DNA of 63,393 nucleotides, counting the filler, from Intoshia linei (taxonomy: Eukaryota > Animalia > Orthonectida), in the NCBI GenBank assembly GCA_001642005.1. It is 4 parts of 4 records of this genome, joined end to end, with 100 filler letters (N's around TTAATTAATTAA, not from the genome) between each part and the next. Parts side by side here need not be neighbours in the genome. Positions count along the whole stretch, not along the records: positions 48,523 to 59,721 come from LWCA01001203.1; positions 59,822 to 63,393 come from LWCA01002092.1; 2 more parts are not named here. One strand, 5' to 3'. The position numbers and the translations under genes were made by a program. The notes under the pieces are model-generated. The model was not told where the DNA came from and made no database searches. It saw only the letters and a program-made list of their open reading frames with translations. This document shows, in pieces, positions 52,801-63,393 of the stretch (the stretch's first letter is position 1; the number at the start of each line of letters is the position of its first letter).

Positions 52801-54715
52801 AAATTACTGTAATTTTGGATTAATAATATAAATAATAACTGGTATACTATTATGAATATTGACCATTGAACTGAATTTCTAAAAATTACAATTTATCAAT
52901 TATAATTACCAATATACACTTATAAAAGTTGTAAAAAATACAACTTTATGTAATACTTTGATTTTTTATATAAATTAAATATACATTAATTTATTTTGAT
53001 TAATTGACTATCTTGAAATTTTAATTTGAAAAAATTTTCATCAATAATAATTTTGAATTTAGTTGTTAGTTAAATGTATAAATTAAGTCGATTAATAGTC
53101 AAAAGACATTAAAGAACAGTAAAAATTGTTAATGTGTCACAAAAGTAAAAAATTGCGATAACTTTAAAAGATAAATATATTCAAAGTCATAAATTGATTA
53201 ATATGGTTTATTTATGAATCTTAATTTATATAAAAACATTATCTTTGATAATTAAATATATAAAATATTATTATGTTAAAATTACTTGAATTGATAAAAT
53301 TGATTAAATGTATGTTTTTAGACGACTTTTAAACTTTGTTAAATGATATTAGTGAAAATTTGGCTTTTTAAACTATTTTTAAAAAAGCCATGGGCATCAG
53401 ATTAATTAGTTTGGTGTATTCTAGTCAATTTTTTATATGAAATTTGACATAGATTGATTAGTATGTAATGTTAAATTGTTACAATGTGATATAAATATTA
53501 AAGCACAATACATGTAAACATTGTAACATTTAAGAAAACATTGTTCCATATTTTTGTCACATGTTGTCACATTCATTTGTCAATTTATTGAGTCATTTTT
53601 ATATTTCATTGCTTGTTCGGTTTCAGCGTGTAATTATTTATGAAATGTCTCTTTGCCTCAGGTTATATTATAATGATATGTTGATATTGTGTCAAATGGT
53701 GTAAACAAATTATTACAGTTAAATTTACTAGAAATAATTACAATCACAATCACAATTATGTAACTGTATTTTTAAAAGATTTACCCTTTATATATCAAAT
53801 ATTTTTACATGTCCAAACATTAATTAACGTAAATTAAAATTTTATGTACTACTAATACTATGATATGTTAAATGGTAAATTGACATGCATCTTTAGTTAA
53901 TTAAGCTACTTAATATGATCAAAATCTACTCAAGTCACAAGTGTTCTTAGCCATTCTTTAATTAAATGCAATAAAATTTGAGTATCATTTTCATTGTTTC
54001 AAATAATGAAATATAAACACACTCTGTTTATTCTCATGAGGGATTATTAATATCAAACTCTTTCATATCCAATTTTTTTCGAATTATGCAAATTAATATG
54101 ATAATTTAATTCACTTCTCCAATTTTTTAATGATGAATTCATTTAAACATGATTGATTCACACCTAAATATAAATGTGTAACACAAAACCAAGTGCGGTG
54201 TTTTTTAATGTTTAATGTTAGTGTTTATTGCCATTGATGATATTGATTACTATTAGTTCTGAATCATGTAACAAAAACAATAACATTATTTATATACAAT
54301 TTAAATTATAATTATACATCTGTTGGAAATAATTAATTAAAAATTACCATGATTTTTTTAAATTTTATAATTAATAAATCCGTCATAGTGTTTAGTCCGT
54401 TATTTTGTATAAAATGGGTGGCAGATTATAATGTTTTTTAAAGATTAAATCATCAACTTGAATTAAAGATAAACGTAATGTCAATGCCCATTTTTGATGT
54501 TATCTTAATTAATGAATGACAAAATTGACAAAATTGACGATTTTGTCAACTTTTACATCTTTTCAAATATTTTACAATTTATCAGTTAATAATTTCGATT
54601 TAACAATTTTATTTTAAGTCAAATGCATTGAGTTAGCTAACAATCAGTGATATAAACAAATTATCCATTTTAATGATTTGATGACTTATTTTATCCTCGT
54701 ACGTTGAGTTTAGAA

Positions 54716-55445
54716 CAGTGGTTCCCGATTCAAATAGTGTACGGAGTCCGTACGGACTAGTATGTTCAACTTAGATTATTCTTAAAAGTAATGAGTTTTG
54801 AAATTCAGTACAAAAAAATGCAATAACTCAGCAAAAGTAACATTAAGCACACATTAAATAACTCAGTACTCAGTAAAAATCAGTACTTTTTACAAAAGTT
54901 GAACACACTAGTACGGCCCTCCATTTCAAAATGATTATTTTTATTGGACTGCGAAGAAAACATGAAATATAAAATATTTATAAAAAAATTAAAGGGTTTT
55001 TCTCATAAGATTTGGTAAAATCATGTTTTTCAAAAAAATATTAGAAAAAGGAAATTTTTTCATTTAGGGTTAGTAAAATTGGATTTTTTATTTTGAGTTT
55101 TGTATTCTGAAAATATGATTCGTAAGATTTGGTAAAATCATGTTTTTCAAAAAAATATTGGAAAAAGAGGATTTTTCCATTTAAGGTTAATAAAATTAAA
55201 TTTTTTTAAATAATATCGCTAAAATTCGATTTTCCCCTATGGGTTTGAAATGGTATTTTTTATTAAATTGTATTAATGATAGCTTAAAAGTGGGATTTTT
55301 GAAATAGTAATGTACCGGTTGCCTAGGCTTTCTGATAAATTCCCAAATTCATCTGTCAACCCTGTAATAAATATTAAAAATTATCCGAGAAAAGAATCTG
55401 AGGCAACACCAGGCAGATAGTTTTGGACCACAATCGGAACCACTA
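54716..55445. mobile_element. hAT-type MITE with a nested 153-bp MITE (54758-54910)
   Basis: Outer TIRs CAGTGGTTCCCGAT / ATCGGAACCACTA, TSD GTTTAGAA/ATTTAGAA; inner TIRs TAGTATGTTCAACTT / AAGTTGAACACACTA, TSD GTACGGAC/GTACGGCC. Confidence 0.85.
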
Positions 55446-55532
55446 ATTTAGAAGTATTAGAGGAAAGTATTAGTTGAACATTTGATAAAAATTAATCTTT
55501 CATCTACCTAGAATAGAACCTACGATGCTGGT

Positions 55533-56057
55533 CAGAGCCGTTTTAAGGCATGGACAATATGGGCTGTAGCCCAGGGCCACTCATTAAAAAAGGCCCCCAA
55601 ATTAATAAAAGTACTTTACATTTATATCTTAAAAAGTGGCGCCTAATTTCATTATCAACCTCGTTTGAATGTGCTCTCTTTGATGTCAATTGAGAATTAT
55701 ATGTTGAATGATATTAGTTTTGATAATATCATATCTGATTTCTTTCAGAAAAAGTGAGAAAACAACATTTGTGAAGAATTGTCAAGCAATTTTTGGTGAC
55801 TGCATGCTGCATATTTTCAAATAAAAAAGTAAACTTTGCTCATTATAAATTAAGTTTTTGTAAAACCAATAAAAGATACTAGAAACCTACATGATATTTT
55901 TTAATGCTTTTATTAATACTCAATGAAATAAAACTCTAAGTCTCCAATCAACCGCATGCCCTGTTTTCTAAAAAGGGTCCTTAAAATTTTTTTATCGCTT
56001 CGCTCTACATGGTTTTTTGCTTAGCCCAGAGCCACGAAGTGACTTAAGACGGCTCTG
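55533..56057 (+). mobile_element. hAT deletion derivative retaining the transposase C-terminus
   Basis: TIRs CAGAGCCGTTTTAAG / CTTAAGACGGCTCTG; perfect TSD ATGCTGGT; 55656-55765 reads QPRLNVLSLMSIENYMLNDISFDNIISDFFQKK*RK (hAT dimerisation-domain tail). Confidence 0.92.
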
Positions 56058-58469
56058 ATGCTGGTGACCCAAAAATAAAAATAATAAGTTAAAAAAATGT
56101 TGGCATACGATACGTAGTGCCATATACCCTATCAATTGGTTTGGGGTTTGACAGTTGTAATATTGAAAAATAAAAAATAAAAAATTTCCTAGAAAATTGT
56201 TAATTATAATGAATTTTTTTATGTTATCTGGAAAAGTGCCCCAACAATTAAGGAAATTCTGTTAATGTTTATATTTTGCTTTTGATTTCGCTGTTCTTAT
56301 GCTGTAGATTGCACATGTTGTTTAGATACGCCTTGAGTCATGTTTTTATGCCTTGTTTTTCGAATCAGTCTACTTAAAAAGTCAAAAAACAAGATTTTTC
56401 ATTGAACTATTAATATACACAAAAAGCTTTTGATTGAATTGTCGGTGTATCTAATATGATGAATTTAAAAACGTTTAATATTTACAAAAACTTGAATTAA
56501 CAAAGAATTATTATTCGTGATATTAATAGTATATTTAGTATTACAAGTAATGGGTAATATCAAAGCAATGTCAATCAAGTAAATAAAATGTTTAAGCTTC
56601 TTCTATATTCTTAACATCTTAAATCATCTTAATATCTGCTTAACTCAAAATTTTAAATATGACATCGTGATTTATCTCATATCCGGTATTTATATAAAAT
56701 TGAATGTCTGTATGTGTCTGTTGCAGTTTGTTTACAGTTTTACAGTTAAAAAAATTAAAAAAAAACGAGCTTCTAATATAGTTTTACAAGAGGGATGCAG
56801 AATGGTAAACTTCCCTTTCCAAAATTAAGTCAGTCAGGGTCACAAACCAAATTTATCTTAATTATTTTTTTTTAAAATAAAGTCAACCCTAAAATTTAAA
56901 ATAACATACATTCTGGAACGCTTCTAAAAGTCATCAACATTACTATAGATTTCAACATCAGAAACTGTTATATAACATGGTAAAACGCCAAAATTACTCT
57001 TTCTTTTAAAAGTGAAAAAAATTCTACAATTTTTGTAAAACACACATTCTGCTATAGGTTTTAAGTTTTAGTCAAGATAGTCATTATATAATTTTTCACT
57101 ACATGATCAAATTAAGTAATTTGCCATAATTGGACTTTTTATTAAACTTAAATTTAAAAATGGCTAATAATTTATATTTGATAATAAATATCAGTGTCAA
57201 TATTTGAATATAAGTGTGTAGTACATTTACTACACAGTGTAGATTTTAAATATATTTTTTGGCGAGAAATTACATGCATATGGATATATTTATATTTTTA
57301 TTTATTTTTTCCTTGAGGGTTTGTGTGTGCGTTATAGTTCAAGGTAAATTTTTACTTTTTAATAATTCTTATTATTTAATATTTCTATAGCCCCAGGGGA
57401 TCGAAATGATCAGGTCATTATAGGTAAATTATAATATTATTAAAAATAAATAATATACATTCTACATTCTAATACATACATACATATACATTCTAAAATA
57501 AAAATTTACACATCACATATTATTACACTGCACAATAATCAAAAAAGTTTCAGTTCTTAAAAATGACACTTTGTAATCTTTATAATGTGAACTTTTATAC
57601 AATAAATTTAAGTGGTATTAAATAAAACACAGTTATCAGTAGTTTTATCAAGCTATCAAGAGTCATATTTTGTGATTGTTAACTTATCAATGTTTTCAAA
57701 AGTTTTATCCAATATAAACAAATAAAAAAATAATACATGTATATACTCGAGAGTATTTACTCTAGTGCGTTCAGATCTAAAATAAATATTTTTAAAAGTT
57801 TACTTATTAATGTTTATAATGGATATCATCTCTAGCAATAATATTTTAAATTTTTCCTTTACGAAAAATCCCCTTTTTTTAATATTATATTAAAAATAAA
57901 TTTTACCAAATCTTACGAGTCATAATTTCTGAATCCAAAACCCAAAATAAAAAATCGAAAAATATATTTTGCCGTGTTTTAATATCTTTTATTTGTATCA
58001 TTAATCATTATTAGTTGGTGGCTTTGGAGCTTCGAAGCTATATTTTAAATGCGATTATTTTAATTGCAATAATACTCTATTTTGGCCATTTCATTTGGAA
58101 TTTAAACAAATAATCAATTACGTCTTAGCTGAATTGGATAGATGCATATAGTACTTATTTAAAATTAATTAATCATATTTTAATAATTACATTTACCCAT
58201 ACCTTTTGCATTAAAATTCACCATCAAATTAGAAATTAGTCATTCACAGAAGATCATCTCATTATAATGTACGTTTATAATCAGAATTCCAGATGCAAAA
58301 GTAAGTGGGAATTTTAATTATTTTATTTATTGCCATGGGGTTTTTTATTAAAATCTAATAATTACATTAAATTAACACTATTAACATTAATTAATGTAAA
58401 TTAAAATTTTCAAAATTTATCATCTATTTCCAATTTTGGTTTAAATTTTTATTACAACCTGTAAATGTT

Positions 58470-58767
58470 TTGAAATTCTAGCGCTGTTTTCTTTAAAAAA
58501 AGAAGAATAATTTTAGGGGTTTTTGCCCTGAAGATATAATTTTTTTAAATTTTCCAACTCGTTTGATTTTCAAAAAGAGGGACAACTGGGGTTTTTGACC
58601 CGTAAGATGTGGAATTAAGAGGTTGAAATTTATTTTATTATACATCCTGGAAAAAACTGTAATTGAAATGTGGTCTTTAAAAAATTCTAAGACTGGTAGT
58701 TATTTCAATAAAGTGAAACACACACACACCCAAACAAAAATTGCTTAGCATATTATATAAGTTAGGA
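58470..58767 (-). mobile_element. Helitron-like repeat, 5' part
   Basis: Minus strand starts A|TCCTAACTTATATAATATGC..GTGTGTGTGTG; homologous to 10873 and 32351. Confidence 0.55.
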
Positions 58768-59341
58768 TCATTATTACAAAAAATTTTTTAAAATAATGTT
58801 AAAGATAAAATATAAATCTCTTCAATATCCACTCGCGCTCAGACGACACAGGAGAGTCGCCATTGCGAAGTATATCAATGACTGGGAAGTCCCTCATTAG
58901 ATCTAATGTAACACCTTCATTCTTGAAACATTTAGATAAGTTATTATGCACATCATCACTACTAGCATAAATGTTAAAATTACTATATTTCTTAACTGCC
59001 AATTTAGTAGCGTTAATCACGGAGAAAATATACTACCAGTAAGAGCTTTTGCTAAAAATGATGAAAACTACAGTGTAGAAAGGTTAAGGTACATAGATAC
59101 CGATAAATCATATAGTAATCTTTTTATTTACATTTTGTTTTATTTGCACTACAGTTGAAAAGTCTAAAAAATATACAATTTTTTTGATAGATTAAGTATA
59201 TAAAGATTATATAAAAGTCTCCTGAAAATTTTTATAATAGAAATATTATATTTACCATAATTATAGTATTTTTAAATTTTGCAAAGAAATTTCGTTTTAG
59301 TGGTCAGCGAGAAATTTAATATTGAAATACCGGTCTGCGGC

Positions 59342-60196
59342 TAGTGATTGTGCCGGGAAAAAAACCGGGACAAAATTCCCGGGATTACCCAAAAAAATTG
59401 AGACATACATGTATTTGATTTATTTTTGTTATTAATATGAAAATATAATTATATTATAATATTTAAAATTTACCATTTCAAAAATCGCACCACTAATAAA
59501 ATTTAATCAAAAATACCATTTCAAGCCCTCATGAAAAAATTCACTTACACCGATATTCTTTTCAAAAATTAGATTTTACGAAATTTTATGAAAAAATCCA
59601 CTTTATCAAACCACAAATAAAAAATCTAATTTTCCAACCCTTAATGGAAAAATATCCTTTTTCCAATTATTTTTTTAAAAACCTCTTATTCCAACCACAA
59701 ATTACTAACGCTTAAGGGAATNNNNNNNNNNNNNNNNNNNNNNNNNNNNNNNNNNNNNNNNNNNNTTAATTAATTAANNNNNNNNNNNNNNNNNNNNNNN
59801 NNNNNNNNNNNNNNNNNNNNNTTGGAATAAGAGGTTTTTAAAAAAGTATTGGAAAAAGGATATTTTTCCATTAAGAACTGGAAAATTAGATTTTTTATTT
59901 GTGGTTTGATGAAGTGAATTTTTTTTATAAGATTTCGTAAAGTTGGATTTTTGAAAAGAATATCGGTGTCAATTTTTCCATAATGGCTTGAAATGGTATT
60001 TTTGATTCAATTTTATTAGTGGTAGGATTTTTGAAATGGTAAATATTATAATATAATCATATTTTCATAGTAATAACAAACATAAATCAAATTCAGATAT
60101 GTCTCAATTTTTTTCGGGAAATCGTAAAAATCTTGGGAAATTTAATTCTCGAAAATTATTAAATATCCCGGGAATTTTGTCCCGGCACAATCACTA
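59342..60196. mobile_element. long inverted repeat (~350-bp arms) straddling a linker
   Basis: TAGTGATTGTGCCGGGA / TCCCGGCACAATCACTA ends and colinear inverted arms; flanks show no TSD. Confidence 0.65.
59722..59821. other. artificial contig linker
   Basis: N44-TTAATTAATTAA-N44. Confidence 0.97.
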
Positions 60197-60809
60197 ATAC
60201 AAACATACCTTAAAAGCAAATGTAGATGATTTTGCGACATTATAATGATATTTACATAATGAATTACCAACCACGCAATTAGATCGATGTATATTATATT
60301 TTGTTTAGGTTTATTTTGCATTTAATTAGGTCATTAACTGTAATATGGATAAAATGCTAATATTATTACCTTATTTAATATATACAGGCTATCCTGATAC
60401 GTGTGTATAATTTCAAGATATTGATAAATTGAATTGTACTGTTTAGCAGTGAAAAATGTATGATATGTGGTTAAAATACAACAAGACTGGCGCTACAAAT
60501 TGGATTATTAAAAACATGTACAGGTTATTCTCGATATTTTAAACACACGATATTTTGACAAAATGTCAAATTATTCGCGATTATTTGATAGTCTGTTTAT
60601 TAATTTATGTAATGCATTTATTTAATAAAATATTTAACTGAATGCTACAGATATCCGAAAAGTAATATCTTAACTTTATGATGAGTATTATTACAATATT
60701 ATTGTCCGTCCAATCTAAAATATTGTATTATCTAAAAAATAGTGTAATTACAATAATAAAAATACTTATAAATAGCATAAATTCTAGAAAAAATAAAATT
60801 GTAAAAACC

Positions 60810-61935
60810 TATTTTGTCATTTTCAATGTGACAATATATATTCAGTACTAATTTACTTGTTAATAAATACTTAAAATTACCAATTATGTATCAATAATTA
60901 ACCGAATCTTCACTTTATAAACATATTTCAGACGAATTTACCAAATATTACAAAGGATTGTAATAAATATAAAAATGATACTAACAAAGTGGTTTTAGTT
61001 TCGTTGTTTAGTTTTTATTTAATTTAATTTTACTAAAAATTTTTTGAAAATGTGAATGTGAAATTTAAAAATTGCGTAGCAATGAAAAAAAATCCGAAGG
61101 AATGAATTATATAAAATTTCACCCATATTTCATTATTGGAAATGTGTAGACGTTCACTGCACATTTTTTTTGAAATTGTAGGATCAATATTTACATTTTC
61201 AATTTTTATTTTAATCGAAATATTTGAAAAATATTGGTTGATAATATATTAAAAATTATTTTTCATCGGGAATGCGTAGATTTCTGGGGTTGAANATATT
61301 TACATTTTCAATTTTTATTTTAATCGAAATATTTGAAAAATATTGGTTGATAATATATTAAAAATTATTTTTCATCGGGAATGCGTAGATTTCTCGGGTT
61401 GAACTTTTGTATTTGTATCTACTGGAATAATCTCTATCAGAATAATCTTTTTTGTTTAATTTTCGAACCGTTAATTATTTCACATTTTTTGTATTAATAA
61501 AATATTTTGGAAAAAAAATATATGAATACTAAAATGTTTTTTTGACCTTGAAGTCGTCACTTATTCAAATTGAAAATTTTTTGTAGGTGTTAACAGGATA
61601 CAACTGTACCATCTGTAAATTTTTTGAAATTTTAGGGCTGTTTTCATTAAAAAAAGAAGGGTAATTTGGGGTTTTGACCCTGAAGATATAATTTTTTTAA
61701 ATTCTCCAACTCATTTGATTTTCAAAAAGAGGACAGTTGGGGTTTGTGACCCGTAAGATGTGAGTTTAAAAGGTTGAAATTATGTTTGCAAACACTCCCG
61801 GAAAAAAACTGTAATTGTAATGTGAACTTTATAAAATTCTAAGACGGGTAGTTATTTAAATAAAGCTGAACACACAATAGAATAACAATTTATAATACAA
61901 ACAATAATCGCGTAGCATTTTAATTAAGTTAAGGA
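60810..61935 (-). mobile_element. long Helitron-like family copy
   Basis: Minus-strand start A|TCCTTAACTTAATT at 61935; near mirror image of 52156-52800 and homologous to 33820-34520. Confidence 0.55.
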
Positions 61936-62315
61936 TATAATAAACAAGAATGTTTCCATAACGATTTTTGTTTTTTTCGTTACCTAGACAAATGTATATT
62001 ATTCTGCAAAACAATATGTACAATACTGTACAATATAATCCTTATCTTTGGACATTCATAGTATGATACACATCATACACAAAATATCAAGTCACAATAA
62101 AATTTTGAGATTTAATTCATGACTGAATGCTTCTCTGTTTCCACAGAGAGTATATTTGTAACGATGAGGAAAATTATTTTCTTTAGGTTTATGGGCTTAA
62201 ACATATATTTTATAGCCTTTTAAATGTATTATGATGAAATGAATCTATTCACTTGACTGTTAAAACGTACTAATATACTACTCTACAATATGAATTGTTA
62301 ATACGTTTTATTTAG

Positions 62316-62564
62316 CATAATTTCATGTGTAATTCTTTGGATAAAATTGGAAATACAGAACGAGAAACTATATTTGACCTTATTTCAAATGAAGATGCGG
62401 CTGTAAATCAAAGAGATGTTGATGAAACCACTATTGGAGAAAATACAACAGCGGACGTTACTCCTGAAATGATTACAGATCTTGAAGAAGAAATAGCCGA
62501 CCATCAAGAAGTTCTGAGGCGTGAAGGAAGGCATTCATTATTTAATTATGGTCCTATGCGTTAA
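62316..62564 (+). CDS. probable terminal exon of an unknown acidic protein
   Basis: TTTAG acceptor then an open, GC-richer frame ending ..EEEIADHQEVLRREGRHSLFNYGPMR*; candidate upstream micro-exons near 57390-57423 and 62147-62186. Confidence 0.4.
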   Translation, partial: HNFMCNSLDKIGNTERETIFDLISNEDAAVNQRDVDETTIGENTTADVTPEMITDLEEEIADHQEVLRREGRHSLFNYGPMR

Positions 62565-63393
62565 TGAAAAGAAATAATATATTGAACAGTATTAATATTG
62601 TTAATAAATAATTTGTACAGTAAACTCTGTCTATAAGAACAACTCAAAAACTGTTCTTATAGACGGAGTTTTTTTGTTGTTTTAACTCTTTCAATGCCCT
62701 TCATAGCATGATGTGCAAAATGAATGTGTTGACATGTTATTGCATATTGCAATTTTATTATTTTGCATAAATTTATATTATAAATTTTTACATTTTAGAC
62801 ATGTGGAGATAATTAGATTTTAGGGTTAATTATGAGGAATTCAAACATCACTAAAAACCAAAATAAATGTGCTAGAAATAAATTTAAAAAAAATAATCCA
62901 CAAAGCATGGTAAATCCAACGAATAATGGTTTGCATATCTTAATATGATAATTTATCAATACAATTACAATTGTAATTAATGTAATTATAAGTTATACAA
63001 AATTTAGTATCACAATAAAAAAAACTTTATTAAAAATAATATTTCTATAGATTACGATATTTAGATTTAAGTTAAATTTATCGACGCACGTGAATGAAAG
63101 TTGCTGCTGATTTGGTAATTTTGTTGTCATTTTATTTGCTTTTAATGTAATACGTATGATATTTATATTTAATTGGACCGTTAAGTTTATGTATCCGTTA
63201 TTTATTATTATCTATATTTGACATTTCTATTGTACGTTATGCTAAATAGCAATTTTAACGCAGTGATTTCCGGTTCAGTTATTTCTTGAAATGTTTTTTT
63301 ATAGATACATTTTAAAGTAAGATACCATTATTTTTTATTCTAAGGAAAATTCAAATACAAACCTTTAAAAGTAAGATTATTATTTTTAAAGCA

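Noticed and set aside
58799-59158. Overlapping opposite-strand ORFs in a GC-richer island
   Set aside because: No recognisable motif and strand cannot be assigned.
61186-61400. Exact ~110-bp tandem duplication
   Set aside because: The copies are separated by a single N (61295); probably an unmerged contig overlap.
62500-62564. Neuropeptide precursor (RREGRHSLFNYGPMR)
   Set aside because: No repeated peptides, no Gly-basic amidation site, no signal peptide identified.

Overview
This is very AT-rich eukaryotic (animal) genomic DNA from a draft assembly, not a prokaryotic locus. Genes are split by many ~35-45 nt GT-AG introns plus longer transposon-filled introns, so the ORF track shows only fragments; exons below were assembled by eye. 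Three artificial 100-nt linkers (N44-TTAATTAATTAA-N44) separate four contigs. Recognisable genes: a ZIP8/14-type SLC39 metal transporter (+), a truncated hunchback-like zinc-finger gene (+), a short CEP350-like gene (-), a possible GON4L/PAH-like gene (-), an unknown multi-exon gene (-), the DHR2 half of a DOCK-A/B Rac-GEF (+), SF3B6/p14 (-), LRRC6/DNAAF11 (-) and adrenodoxin reductase FDXR (+). The rest is dense with DNA transposons: a decayed IR/DR Tc1, pogo/Tigger remnants, hAT MITEs with 8-bp TSDs, foldback-like repeats and a Helitron-like family. Hunchback plus a motile-cilia gene plus tiny introns suggests a compact, fast-evolving spiralian such as the orthonectid Intoshia (inference only). 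Most notable: hunchback lacks its 4th DNA-binding finger and dimerisation fingers and has an upstream TACGT cluster; matching Tc1 ends bracket a host gene; and a DOCK exon lies on the opposite strand from the exon it should join. I found no clear new multi-gene system, CRISPR array, rRNA or intact tRNA.
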